Assembly (NCBI GenBank): GCA_048885925.1
Contig: JBHLLG010000020.1
Location: 1-46,391, forward strand
DNA from: Candidatus Hermodarchaeota archaeon
GTDB lineage: Archaea; Asgardarchaeota; Lokiarchaeia; Sigyniarchaeales; SOKP01
Direction of reading: 5' to 3'
DNA: 46,391 nucleotides
The notes under the pieces: model-generated
Told to the model about the DNA's origin: nothing
What the model saw: only the letters and a program-made list of their open reading frames with translations
Databases searched by the model: none
Program-made: the position numbers and the translations under genes
In this document: positions 17,068 to 27,317 of the stretch, in pieces
Layout: every line of letters begins with the position of its first letter
Position numbering within the stretch: the stretch's first letter is position 1

Positions 17068-17487
17068 TTAATTTTCTGTAATTTTACTCCCACAGTTAGG
17101 ACAAAATTTTATCCCAAACTCTAATTTTTCTCCACAAAGTGCACAAAAATTGACACCACTTACTTTAGTTTCTCCAGATACACCTACAGGTGTAATATAT
17201 GATTGTTGTTGAGTTTGTGGTTGAAATTGATATGTATATGTACTTGATGGTTTTAAAGTAGTAATTTTACTACCACAATGCACACAAGTATTCTCTTCCT
17301 TAGAATAATACCACACCAGATAAATTATTAAACCAATTCCTGCAGTAAAAATTAATAAAATAATTGCTAAACAAACATCAATATCTTCACGAGTTAATAA
17401 AACTTCTTGATTACATCGAGGGCAGAAGCCAGTAGGATTTTTCGTTGTCATTTTATAAATCCTTATTTTATTTTTATTTAATTCCAA
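17068..17487 (-). CDS. Membrane zinc-ribbon protein (LITAF-like domain plus C-terminal zinc ribbon)
   Basis: CPRC, hydrophobic hairpin (IILLIFTAGIGLIIYLVWY), CVHC, then CALC..CPNC. Probable start MTTKN. Confidence 0.8.
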   Translation of the reverse strand: MELNKNKIRIYKMTTKNPTGFCPRCNQEVLLTREDIDVCLAIILLIFTAGIGLIIYLVWYYSKEENTCVHCGSKITTLKPSSTYTYQFQPQTQQQSYITPVGVSGETKVSGVNFCALCGEKLEFGIKFCPNCGSKITEN

Positions 17488-17527
17488 TAAATTTTAAGTT
17501 AATTAATTGTTTTCTTCTTATATACTT

Positions 17528-17908
17528 TTATTCTTTAAGAGACGCACCACAATTTGAGCAAATTGTTTCTTGAGTACTTATTTCTTCTTGACAATAAGGA
17601 CAATTTATTTTTACTTCTTTCTCTTTTTTTTCTTGTTCAATTGTTTCTAGAATTCTTGAAATTTCAGCTTTTGGATTAGGGATTTCTTCGCGAGAATTAT
17701 AAAAATTTAATTGATTTTGGCAATTTGGGCAAAATTCCTTTTTCAAAATGATATAATGATAAATTAGAAAAGGAATTAGTCCAAGCCCTAATGAAGCAAT
17801 GATAGCAAGAATCCAGACATTATAATACATACTATCAAAAGACTTTTTTTTTGGATTAAAAATCTCCTTCTCGCATTTATTACAATAAGCAAATAATTGT
17901 GAATCCAT
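17528..17908 (-). CDS. Membrane zinc-ribbon protein (LITAF-like domain plus C-terminal zinc ribbon)
   Basis: CNKC, hydrophobic hairpin (WILAIIASLGLGLIPFLIY), CPNC, then CPYC..CSNC. Confidence 0.8.
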   Translation of the reverse strand: MDSQLFAYCNKCEKEIFNPKKKSFDSMYYNVWILAIIASLGLGLIPFLIYHYIILKKEFCPNCQNQLNFYNSREEIPNPKAEISRILETIEQEKKEKEVKINCPYCQEEISTQETICSNCGASLKE

Positions 17909-18119
17909 ATCTCTAATTTTAAATAAAATAATTTAATCATTTTAATTTTTCTGCAATGATCTTATAAAAATTTATCTTATTGGAGTGGTGACTTTTTGTT
18001 AATTTTTTAATAAAATGAGTTAATTAAAAATAAAATTAATAAGACCTTATTGATAAATAATTCTTCAAATTTCTGATGAATTTAGAACTAGCAATGAACT
18101 AAAGTTTGGGAGTAAACTG

Positions 18120-18722
18120 ATGCAAAAATCTTTTTTTATAGTATTAGAAGGTACTGATGGATCAGGTACAAGCACTCATAGTCATCTTCTTAAAGGATTT
18201 TTAGAAAGCAAGGGATTAAAGGTTTATTTAACACAGGAACCAACAAAAACTAAAATTGGAATATTATTAAGAGAATTTTTGAAAAATAATGAAATTCCAC
18301 CAACTACAGATGCATTATTATTTGCTGCTGATAGAGATTTACATTATCATAACGAAATAAAAAAAAAATTGCAAGAAGGTTATATTGTTATATCAGATAG
18401 GTATTTAGAGTCTTCAATAGTTTATCAATCGGTTCAATCTGAAAAAATTTCAGTCGATTGGGTTAAAGAAATAAATAAATTTATAGAACTCCCTGATATC
18501 ACAATAGTTTTAGATATTGATCCAAAAGTAGCATTAGCAAGAAAAGAAAATGAAGATTTAGAGAAATTCGAGGACACTAAATTTTTAGATAAAGTAAGAA
18601 ACCTTTACTTAAGTCGAGCTAAACAAGAAGGATATTATGTTGTCAGCTCTGATGATATTATAGAAGTTGTTCAAGAGAAGATCCAAAGAATTATTATTAA
18701 CAAATTAGAACATTTTGGCTAA
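18120..18722 (+). CDS. tmk: Thymidylate kinase
   Basis: Motifs FIVLEGTDGSGTST, T.EP, LLFAADR, VISDRY..SS.VYQ, PD.TIVLDI and EKFE. Confidence 0.92.
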   Translation: MQKSFFIVLEGTDGSGTSTHSHLLKGFLESKGLKVYLTQEPTKTKIGILLREFLKNNEIPPTTDALLFAADRDLHYHNEIKKKLQEGYIVISDRYLESSIVYQSVQSEKISVDWVKEINKFIELPDITIVLDIDPKVALARKENEDLEKFEDTKFLDKVRNLYLSRAKQEGYYVVSSDDIIEVVQEKIQRIIINKLEHFG

Positions 18723-18817
18723 AATTATAGAATTAAAGGATAAAACATTTATTTTCAATATTATAATAAGAATAAGATATATCTAATCTAAATTTAAAAC
18801 TTCTTTTATGATTAAAT

Positions 18818-20107
18818 TTGAAGAAGGAAAACTCTATTGACAATAATTCTTTTGATATAAGTAGATTATTTAATCATGTTAAGGATTTTAGCTTTCCGCG
18901 ACTTGCTGGAACAAACGGAGAAAAGAAAGCAGTTGTATTAACAATACAAAAATTTCAAAATATTGGCTTTAAAGATTCGCAAGTTTATAAAGAATCATTC
19001 AAGTTTTCTGATTTTTACTCTACTACCCTTATAAAATTAATAATGATAATAAATTTGACTTTTTCATTGTTTATTTTGATGTTTGCTTATATAAATCTCT
19101 TTTTCACGACTTTTGTATGTGGTATCATGGCATTAATTGTTTTATTAATCTTCAGGGGTTTAAGACATCCTGAACATCCAGGATTTTGGGGAGAATATTA
19201 TGGAAAGACGATCAGTGCCTCTAATATTTTTGTAAAATTAATATCAAGAAATTTACCAACAGATGTAGCTGGAAACATTATAATTTCAGCACACTTAGAT
19301 TCTAAATCTCAAACCTTTAAAACCTCTTGGAGAATATTTTTTTATAGAGTTTGGTTGTATAGTGGGATTTTTCTTGGAATTTTTTTGATAATTTTGTTTA
19401 TTCGTACATATACTATAATAAAAATAAATATTATATTAGTAGGGATTAACATATGGATTTTTACTATACTTATTTCAATTTCAAATGTATTTTTATTGTT
19501 TTTAAATACTCATAATAAATCCCCCGGAGCTTTAGATAATGCATCTGGTATGGCAGTAGTTTTTGAACTAAGTAGGTACTTTAAAGATAATCCTCTTCAT
19601 AACTTCAATATTTGGTTTTGTCAATTTTCTGCAGAAGAGCTCGGAACAATGGGCTCACGAGTTTTCGTTAATAGTCATGAAGGTGAATTTATCAAAGGAA
19701 GAACGTTTCATATTAATTTAGATATGATTTCATGCGCTTGTAGACCACAAAACCGAATTGAATACTTAAAATCTTATGGAGTTATCCCTCGAAAGAAAAT
19801 TGCCCCCTTACTTAGTAAATATTTAGATAACGCAGCAAATGAAGAAAATATGAAAATAAAAGGTTTTCATTTATCTACAGGGGCTCATACAGATTCTGTT
19901 CCATTCCATCTAAGAGGATATGATTCGGTTGATATAGTAACAAGAGAAAGTGGTAGATATACTCATAGTAAATTAGATACTCCTGAAAAAGTTGATCCTA
20001 ATATATTATTAGAAGCATGTATATTAATTAAAAGAGTAATTCTTTCATTAGATAAAGACTATAATATTTTATGTAGAGATAAAGAACTTTTTTATGATTC
20101 TGATTAA
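18818..20107 (+). CDS. Membrane-embedded M28 family peptidase
   Basis: Motifs FPRLAGT.GE, SAHLDSK, PGALDNASG, AEELG, INLDM and HTDS; two TM hairpins. Confidence 0.85.
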   Translation: MKKENSIDNNSFDISRLFNHVKDFSFPRLAGTNGEKKAVVLTIQKFQNIGFKDSQVYKESFKFSDFYSTTLIKLIMIINLTFSLFILMFAYINLFFTTFVCGIMALIVLLIFRGLRHPEHPGFWGEYYGKTISASNIFVKLISRNLPTDVAGNIIISAHLDSKSQTFKTSWRIFFYRVWLYSGIFLGIFLIILFIRTYTIIKINIILVGINIWIFTILISISNVFLLFLNTHNKSPGALDNASGMAVVFELSRYFKDNPLHNFNIWFCQFSAEELGTMGSRVFVNSHEGEFIKGRTFHINLDMISCACRPQNRIEYLKSYGVIPRKKIAPLLSKYLDNAANEENMKIKGFHLSTGAHTDSVPFHLRGYDSVDIVTRESGRYTHSKLDTPEKVDPNILLEACILIKRVILSLDKDYNILCRDKELFYDSD

Positions 20108-20138
20108 TGGAAATTAGAAGAAATTGTAATAAAATGAT

Positions 20139-20678
20139 TTAGATTAACTCTTGAATTTCTTTTTGAATTTCTTCGATTCTTTTCTTGGATTTTACTAACA
20201 TTTTGTTTCTACCGTATTTATAAAACCATCTATTAAATCTATCTTGGATTGACACTTCTTTTGTACCTGCTATACATTTATCTGCTAAACATATTATTTT
20301 TTCTTCCAAAGTAATAGGTAAATAATCTCTTTCAGGTAAACCGACTTTATTAGCATCTTCTTTGTCTAATCCCCCTAAAATATGGGTTTCACAGATTCTA
20401 GCAAGTTTTTCTGAAAAACCTCTTTGTCTTAAGATTTTGCCACCTATTATTGCATGTTTAAAACCATGAGTCTTAGTTCTGCCAATATCATGTAATAAAG
20501 CACCAATCTCAATTAAATTCATATCTAATTTAGCTTTCTTTACTTTACTTGCAATTTCTATAGCTTTATTAGCAACTTTTTCTGAATGACGTCTCACTGA
20601 AAGGGGAATTTTCAAACTCTTCAAAAAATTTAATGTAAATTCCCGATCGGGCAAAATTTCTTCTTTCTTAACCATCAT
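20139..20678 (-). CDS. HD-domain protein (TIGR00295-like)
   Basis: Motifs RHS..V, GALLHDIGR..TH, H..IG and P.TLEEKIICLADK. Confidence 0.88.
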   Translation of the reverse strand: MMVKKEEILPDREFTLNFLKSLKIPLSVRRHSEKVANKAIEIASKVKKAKLDMNLIEIGALLHDIGRTKTHGFKHAIIGGKILRQRGFSEKLARICETHILGGLDKEDANKVGLPERDYLPITLEEKIICLADKCIAGTKEVSIQDRFNRWFYKYGRNKMLVKSKKRIEEIQKEIQELI

Positions 20679-20833
20679 AATTTATAATTAAATAATTAAC
20701 TTTAAGTTTTAGTTATTAACAATTTCGCTAAATTAATATTCTAACTAAGAAATCCACAATCTTATTATTTGAAATATTAATTGATTGTTAAACCATATAA
20801 AAAATATAATAAATTTATAAAGAAAAAAGAATC

Positions 20834-21322
20834 TCAATAGAATTCTTCATAAGGACCACTTATTAACCCACCAACTAATCCTCCTATAAGTCCTCCTATA
20901 ATAGCGCTAATTATTCCTCCTAATGTCTCAATTAATTGAGTTCCTTGGAATAATGCCATTAAATCTTCACCGGAAATTATGCTTAATATTATCCAAATTA
21001 ATAAAACAATAATAACTACTAATACACTCGCAATTGTACCTCTTCTCAAACCTTTTGCTATTGTACCTGAGATATAACCTATAAAGATCCATGCTAAAAT
21101 TTCTGGAGCAAAAAATCCTAATACTGAAGGCTCAATAATCATAAATGAAATCATATCAAAATCAAAATTTGATCCAATCAATAATGTTAGCGTTTTTAAA
21201 GCATTTTCTCCCGCATATGATTGAATTTGATTTAATATTACTGTCATGTTAAAAAAAAACACAGTAAAAAAACTAAAGATAACACCAACAATAATACCAA
21301 TTACTAATCGATATGAAACCAT
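20834..21322 (-). CDS. Hypothetical membrane protein
   Basis: Four Gly-rich hydrophobic segments; GAGGT SD upstream of the ATG. Confidence 0.75.
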   Translation of the reverse strand: MVSYRLVIGIIVGVIFSFFTVFFFNMTVILNQIQSYAGENALKTLTLLIGSNFDFDMISFMIIEPSVLGFFAPEILAWIFIGYISGTIAKGLRRGTIASVLVVIIVLLIWIILSIISGEDLMALFQGTQLIETLGGIISAIIGGLIGGLVGGLISGPYEEFY

Positions 21323-21552
21323 TATGCTACCTCACTAAAAATAAACCATTATTTTAAATTTATATTCTAAAAGTTATATTAATATTTAAAATCATTTTGC
21401 TATATTAATACTTTAGTCCTTAAGGTTTTAGAAAAATCTACTCAATAAAATATTAAAGTTATTGTATATTCTAAAATATATTCTTTAATTTATTAGACTC
21501 TAAAATAATTTTGTTTAATTAACGTTAGAATAAAATAAACAAGGTAACTAAT

Positions 21553-22362
21553 TTGGCAAGAAAGAAAAAGAAAACAGAAGATTCCGAAGATAAGAAAAAA
21601 TCCGAGAAATTAGAAGAATTTAGTGAAGATTTTGATATAGATTTTGAAGAGGATTTAGATTTGGAAGAAGAACTCGATTTATTAGATACTGAAGATATAG
21701 AAGCAGGAATGGAGATAAAAGAAGAATTAATTGATAAGGATGAAGAAAGGAAACAACTTTACTTAAGTTGTGGTATTCATATTGGCACAAAATTGTTAAC
21801 AGGAGATGCTCGACGATTCATTTATAGACAAACTAACTATGGATTGTATGTAATTGATTTAACTCAAACGGATGAACGTCTCAAAATTGCAGCAAAGTTT
21901 TTAAGCAAATACGTTGAAGAAGGAAGTGATAAAGTTATTGTTACTTCTGTTCGACGATATGGAAAAGAACCAGTAAAAAAGTTCTGTGAAATATTGGGTT
22001 GTAGAGCAATAACTTCTAGATTTATTCCTGGCTCACTGACAAATCCTATAATTGATACATATATCAAAGATGCAAATGTAGTAGTAATTGTAGATCCTCA
22101 TGCTGATAAGGTAGTATTAAGGGAAGCCAAATTAGCTCGGATTCCGGTTGTTTCTTTATTCGATACAGATGATACACTTGAAGGTATAGATCTTGCGATT
22201 CCAGCAAATAATAGAGGTAAAAAAGCTTTAGGTTTAGCATTTTATCTTTTAGCAAGGCAAATTATGTTTTCACTAGGGAAAATCTCAAGTGAAGACGAAT
22301 TTCCATACACATTAGAGGAATTTACCTCAAAAATCGTCCCTGTTTATAAACAAGACCAATAA
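21553..22362 (+). CDS. rps2: 30S ribosomal protein S2 (uS2) with charged N-terminal extension
   Basis: Motifs YL.CGIHIGT, RFIPGSLTNP, EA...IPVV.LFDTD and D.AIPANNRGKKAL. Confidence 0.96.
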   Translation: MARKKKKTEDSEDKKKSEKLEEFSEDFDIDFEEDLDLEEELDLLDTEDIEAGMEIKEELIDKDEERKQLYLSCGIHIGTKLLTGDARRFIYRQTNYGLYVIDLTQTDERLKIAAKFLSKYVEEGSDKVIVTSVRRYGKEPVKKFCEILGCRAITSRFIPGSLTNPIIDTYIKDANVVVIVDPHADKVVLREAKLARIPVVSLFDTDDTLEGIDLAIPANNRGKKALGLAFYLLARQIMFSLGKISSEDEFPYTLEEFTSKIVPVYKQDQ

Positions 22363-22517
22363 AAGGTATAATTTATTAAATATTAATCTTTGTACCAATA
22401 AAGCTTACAATTTTTATTGGAATATTCCTTATTCTTTTGAATTATTTATAGTAAATTTTTAACATAAAATCAATTATTTTTACATAAAGTAAAAACATAT
22501 ATAGCAAGAAGATTTTT

Positions 22518-23294
22518 ATGAAAAAAATTATTTCATTTTCAGGAAAAGGCGGTGTTGGGAAATCTACCCTTCTCGTGTTAATGCTCAAATATCTCCTCGA
22601 AAAATTTAAACATCTCAATATCCTCGTAATTGATGCCGATCCAGATGCAAATGTTGCAGATATTATCGGGAAAGAAATTCATTTTAAAGAAACTATCGGC
22701 GGGAAAATGGCAGTGCTTAAAAATAAAATCCAAAAACGACAAATCCCCCTCGATGTTTCAAAAGATCAAATTATTGAGTCTGAAGTTTTTGATGCGTTAA
22801 TTGAAATGGATGACTTTGACATTTTAGAAATGGGGCGTAGCGAAGGTGAAGGGTGTTATTGTAGCGTAAATAATACTTTAAAACGGGTGATCGACATTCT
22901 CTCAAAGAATTATGATGTTACATTAATAGATGCTCCCGCAGGGTTAGAATATTTTTCCCGAAAAACGGGTCGAAACGTCACAGACTTAGTAATAGTAAGT
23001 GATCCTTCCAAAATGGGTATCCATACTATGAAACGGATATTAGAAGTATCTAAAGAGGTTGAATTAAAATTTGAAAATATATGGATACTTGGAAATAGGT
23101 TCCCAGAAAATATAAGAGACATCTTAGAAAACGAAGTTGCTAACATTAAAGAAGAATATGTAAAGCTCCTTGGTTTTATCGCTAATAGTGACGAAATCAG
23201 TAAAATGAATTTAATAGGTGAAAATCTCTTACTCCTCCCTAATGAAAATGAAGCATATCAAAAAGTTAAAGAATTATATGCGAGAATAATCTAA
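22518..23294 (+). CDS. cooC: CooC/AcsF-family ATPase (Ni insertion into CODH/ACS)
   Basis: Motifs SGKGGVGKS, IDADPD.N, MGR.EGEGCYC.VN and DAPAGLEYFSR. Confidence 0.85.
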   Translation: MKKIISFSGKGGVGKSTLLVLMLKYLLEKFKHLNILVIDADPDANVADIIGKEIHFKETIGGKMAVLKNKIQKRQIPLDVSKDQIIESEVFDALIEMDDFDILEMGRSEGEGCYCSVNNTLKRVIDILSKNYDVTLIDAPAGLEYFSRKTGRNVTDLVIVSDPSKMGIHTMKRILEVSKEVELKFENIWILGNRFPENIRDILENEVANIKEEYVKLLGFIANSDEISKMNLIGENLLLLPNENEAYQKVKELYARII

Positions 23295-23298
23295 GAAA

Positions 23299-23958
23299 TT
23301 AGAGATAATCATTAATCTTTTTATTTCGAAAATTTTTTTCTACACCACCTCTCATCCCTGGCAATTCAAAACACTTATCAGGAATCATTCTTTTAAAATA
23401 TTTTTGATTTTCTCTTTCAGAAATAAGCTGAGACTTATAGAGCGTTTCAAAGATTTCTCCACCAGAAAATTGAATATCTTCGAAATAGGGGATAATTGGT
23501 CTATTTTTGCTAACTTTATATACAGCTTCTTTTAGTGACAATTCTATCTCTTTTATTTTCCCTCTTTCATTGATAATGCTAGTTTTTTTGTTATATTCAT
23601 TATATAAGCATATAATACATTGCGGCCATCTTTCATGAAAATAGCTTAAGACTTTATCTATAACTTGATGTTTAAGTAAAACTACACCATATAAAACACC
23701 ACGATTATTTATCTCGGTTCGAGTAAATTGTTTGGCACGATAAGCTTCAGTAGAAACTTCTCGCATCATTCGATTAATTTTTTTTGCAAATGGGGATCCA
23801 GAATTACGAAAAACTACTTCTGGCACTTTTTTAATTTGTACTAAAAGATCTGGATAAAAATTACTATGACGTGGGAGATTTTGAATTATTTCTTCATAAG
23901 AATATCCTTTAGCTCGACCTATAACTTCCATTGGATCTTGTTGACAATTTTTATTCAT
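23299..23958 (-). CDS. DUF4130-like protein (partner of DNA modification/repair radical SAM)
   Basis: Motifs REV..EAYR.KQFTR, H......YFHERWP and LY.SQ.I.EREN; directly downstream of the radical SAM gene. Confidence 0.7.
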   Translation of the reverse strand: MNKNCQQDPMEVIGRAKGYSYEEIIQNLPRHSNFYPDLLVQIKKVPEVVFRNSGSPFAKKINRMMREVSTEAYRAKQFTRTEINNRGVLYGVVLLKHQVIDKVLSYFHERWPQCIICLYNEYNKKTSIINERGKIKEIELSLKEAVYKVSKNRPIIPYFEDIQFSGGEIFETLYKSQLISERENQKYFKRMIPDKCFELPGMRGGVEKNFRNKKINDYL

Positions 23959-23976
23959 ATAATATCCCTTATCAAT

Positions 23977-25284
23977 TTAAATTATTTTTACAAAATCATG
24001 AAGAGTTGTTTGTGAATTTCCATTGAGTACCAGAAATGGATCTGCTCGCTTTAGAACAACGCCAACTGATTGAAGATCCTTTCGTTTGCTAAAAATGAAT
24101 TTTTTGGCTCTTAAATTTATTATTCTTTTGGCAGAAATAGGACCAATACCAGGAACTCGTAGCAATTCTTCATAGGATGCTTCATTAGGGTTTACACGAT
24201 TATGATCCTCAAAATATTTATGTGCTAAATGAATTTTTGGATCTCCATTTGGTAAATTTCCATCATCATTTAAAATTTCCTTAATATCCTCCAACTTATA
24301 ATGATAGATTCGTAATAACCAATCGCTTTGATACAAGCGATGTTCTCTTGTTAAAGGTGCTTCTTGCTTACCAGCTAAAGGAGTGCCCTCGATTGGTATA
24401 AATGAAGAAAAATAAGCTCTTCTTAGATCAATTTCTTTATAACCCCAGTCAATTCTTTTTAGCAATTCATAATCACTTTCGTTTTCCGCAGCTCCTACTA
24501 CAAATTGAGTTGTTTGACCACTATTGAGAATAGGAGCACCATCCCAACGGAATTTTTTATACTCATTTTCTCGTCGATCTTTTATCATTTTTTCTTGGAA
24601 TTTCAATTCGTTATCTTGTTTTGAATCTTTCATAATTTTTAAGATATCTTCATTATGCTTAATACGAATTTTTTTTAGCCAACGTTGTCGTGTTATTATA
24701 TCATTGTTAAAATCTTTTTGATCAGCAATCTCCACGAGATGAGCCTTAGAAGAAGCTTCCATGTTTATCGAAATACGATCAGATATAGTCACAGCCTCTT
24801 TAAGAAGGGATTGACTTACACCGGGTAAACACTTAAAATGTATATATCCTCTGAAATTATATTTAAATCGAAGAAGTCGAATTGCTTCTAGCATTTCTTC
24901 AGTTGTATCATCAGCACTCCTGCAGATACCTGACGATATAAATACACCCTCAGCAACATTCATCGAATAGAGCTTCATGAATGTACGAGCATATTCTTCT
25001 GGGGTGAAACTTATCTTATTTTTACAGGTATGGGAAAAACAATATTTACAATTATAAATACACTTATTTGTATAAAGAGTTTTAAAAAGGCTCATGCAAC
25101 GCCCATCAGGAGTATAACTATGACAAATACCTCCACTAGCAGTAGCACCAATCCATTCTTTCGAATCTCCGAAAAGTTTTGGATATTTATCTGTACGACT
25201 GGACGCTGTACTAGCACAGATGTCAAATCTTGAATTTTCTCCTAAGATTCGTATCTTTTCTAAAACCGAAGGCACTTTACACAT
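23977..25284 (-). CDS. Putative DNA modification/repair radical SAM protein with HhH motif (TIGR03916-like)
   Basis: Motifs GICHSYTPDGRC, CIYNCKYC, GYIHFK, GQTTQFVVGA, REHRLYQSDWLLRIY and LLRVPGIG..SA. Confidence 0.92.
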   Translation of the reverse strand: MCKVPSVLEKIRILGENSRFDICASTASSRTDKYPKLFGDSKEWIGATASGGICHSYTPDGRCMSLFKTLYTNKCIYNCKYCFSHTCKNKISFTPEEYARTFMKLYSMNVAEGVFISSGICRSADDTTEEMLEAIRLLRFKYNFRGYIHFKCLPGVSQSLLKEAVTISDRISINMEASSKAHLVEIADQKDFNNDIITRQRWLKKIRIKHNEDILKIMKDSKQDNELKFQEKMIKDRRENEYKKFRWDGAPILNSGQTTQFVVGAAENESDYELLKRIDWGYKEIDLRRAYFSSFIPIEGTPLAGKQEAPLTREHRLYQSDWLLRIYHYKLEDIKEILNDDGNLPNGDPKIHLAHKYFEDHNRVNPNEASYEELLRVPGIGPISAKRIINLRAKKFIFSKRKDLQSVGVVLKRADPFLVLNGNSQTTLHDFVKII

Positions 25285-25499
25285 CGACCTTGTATAATTT
25301 CATACCCACATGACATACTTAAGTTAAAATTTTGATATTTACCTTATAAAAAGAGGGGGCATATTGAATTTTCAAAATAATTAAAATTGGCTTATAAAAA
25401 TTTCTCTTATCAGAAATCCCAATGATACACAAACTTAAATCTATTTTTAGTTTATCAGATTATATTTAATAACAATTAAAAAATTCAGTAGATTTTAAG

Positions 25500-27317
25500 A
25501 TGGCTAAGCATACCGGTGGAGAAATAATCACTAAGTATTTAATAAAAGAGGGTGTAAAATATGTTGTTGGAATTCCTGGGCATGGGAATCTCCCCCTTGT
25601 CGATGCATTTTACAAGGATAAGGACAAGATTCAATTAATTCAACCTAAAACTGAAAATGCTGGAATTCATTTTTCAGTAGGATATTACCGAATTACAGGA
25701 CAACCGCTATGTGTTTTTACTTCAATTGGTCCAGGTGCAATGAATACAGCAATAGGATTAGCAGATGCTTATGTAGATAGTTTTCCTGTTCTATGTTTGA
25801 CTGGAAGTACTCACATTCATATGCGTGGGAAAGGAGTTCTTCAAGAGATTGAGAGAAAAAGAGATTCTGATATGCATCGTGTTCTAGAACCTATAGTTAA
25901 ACGGAGTTGGCAGGTAAATTCTGTGAGCCAATTACCCATGATAATGCAAAGAGCATTTAATCTAATGTTGACAGGACGAAGAGGACCTGTAGTAATAGAT
26001 CTTCCTATGGATGTACAAGCAAATTCTATAGAAGTAGAAATTCCAGAACCATTAGAGAGAAGATCAATTGGACGTATCAGGGGTGATCCTGAGAATATTG
26101 AAAAAGCTGCAGAATTAATTAAAAACTCAAAAAGACCTGTTTTATTTATAGGTGGGGGAGCAATTTCTTCGCAAGCAAGTGAGGAAATTAAAGAATTAGC
26201 AGAAAAAGTAGGTGCAGCAGTAGTAGTTACGATGATGGGGAAAGATATTATCGATAATTCTCATCCACTTTATTGTTGGTCGGCAGGTTCCAAAGGTACG
26301 ACTGTCGGATTAAAAATGACTTCAAATGCAGACGTTATTTTGGCAGTTGGTTGTAGATTTGCTGATGAAACAGCGAGTTCATATAAATATGGAGTAAGTT
26401 TTTCGATACCACCTACAAAATTAATACATATAGATATAGATCCTCAAGAAATAGGTAAAAATTATCCTGTTTCTGTAGGAATAGTCGGAGATGCTAAAGC
26501 TTGTTTAATCCAGATTATAGAAAAATTAGGAGATTATTCAAGAGATTATAAGAATTCTGATTACTTTAAAGAAATCCAAGAAGAGAAAGATAAATGGTTT
26601 AAATTTCTTGATGAAAATCGAGATGATTCAAAAATTCCAGTCATGATCTCTACAGTTTTAAGAGAGGTAAGAAATTTTTTTGACAGAGATGCTGTAATTG
26701 TGACTAGCTCGGGAAATGTACAGGCTCAAATGCTACAAGAATTAGCATTTTACGAATCAAATACATGTCTTACAGCTGGGGGATTTTCAACGATGGGTTA
26801 CAGTGTTCCAGCTGCTATAGGAGCCAAATTAGGTTCAATAGATATTGGAAAACCAGATAGACAAGTTGTTGCACTGGTGGGAGATGGAGATTTTATGATG
26901 ACGATATCTGAATTAACATTGGCAGTACAGCTTGGTTTGGATAACATATTTTTTGTAATTCTAAATAATCATGGGTGGATTGCAATTAAGGATTTACAGC
27001 AAGCAGCTTTTGGGGAAGATCGGGGTTATGGTACAGCTTTTGAAGACAAAAATGGAAAAACATATTCTCCTGATTTCGCTAAAATTGGTGAAGCATTTGG
27101 CTGTTATTCTGAAAAAATTTCTAGAAAAGAAGAGATAATTCCCGCATTTGAAAGAGCCGTTAAATCGAGGAAACCTTCTGTAATAGAAATTGAAGTTCAA
27201 AGAGAATATCCCTTTACTGGTTCTCCTGCAGTAGGCTGGTGGGATGTTCCGCGCCCCGAGTATCTTACAGAACAAAGAAAGAAATATGAGGATGAAATCA
27301 AGGGAGAAAAACTTTAA
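25500..27317 (+). CDS. Thiamine-pyrophosphate-dependent enzyme, acetolactate synthase large-subunit family
   Basis: Motifs GIPGHG, TSIGPGA.N, GPVVIDLPMDVQ, MGYSVPAAIGAK and GDGDF...NN. Substrate uncertain. Confidence 0.88.
   Translation: MAKHTGGEIITKYLIKEGVKYVVGIPGHGNLPLVDAFYKDKDKIQLIQPKTENAGIHFSVGYYRITGQPLCVFTSIGPGAMNTAIGLADAYVDSFPVLCLTGSTHIHMRGKGVLQEIERKRDSDMHRVLEPIVKRSWQVNSVSQLPMIMQRAFNLMLTGRRGPVVIDLPMDVQANSIEVEIPEPLERRSIGRIRGDPENIEKAAELIKNSKRPVLFIGGGAISSQASEEIKELAEKVGAAVVVTMMGKDIIDNSHPLYCWSAGSKGTTVGLKMTSNADVILAVGCRFADETASSYKYGVSFSIPPTKLIHIDIDPQEIGKNYPVSVGIVGDAKACLIQIIEKLGDYSRDYKNSDYFKEIQEEKDKWFKFLDENRDDSKIPVMISTVLREVRNFFDRDAVIVTSSGNVQAQMLQELAFYESNTCLTAGGFSTMGYSVPAAIGAKLGSIDIGKPDRQVVALVGDGDFMMTISELTLAVQLGLDNIFFVILNNHGWIAIKDLQQAAFGEDRGYGTAFEDKNGKTYSPDFAKIGEAFGCYSEKISRKEEIIPAFERAVKSRKPSVIEIEVQREYPFTGSPAVGWWDVPRPEYLTEQRKKYEDEIKGEKL

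Noticed and set aside
18073-18120. Possible C/D box sRNA (TGATGA...CTGA) before tmk
   Set aside because: There are no convincing D'/C' boxes and no rRNA target I could identify. GGGAG is adequately explained as the tmk SD.
18135-18175. Tmk P-loop with Thr in place of Lys (GSGTST)
   Set aside because: All other Tmk motifs are intact and P-loop variation occurs in this family, so it is not evidence of inactivation.
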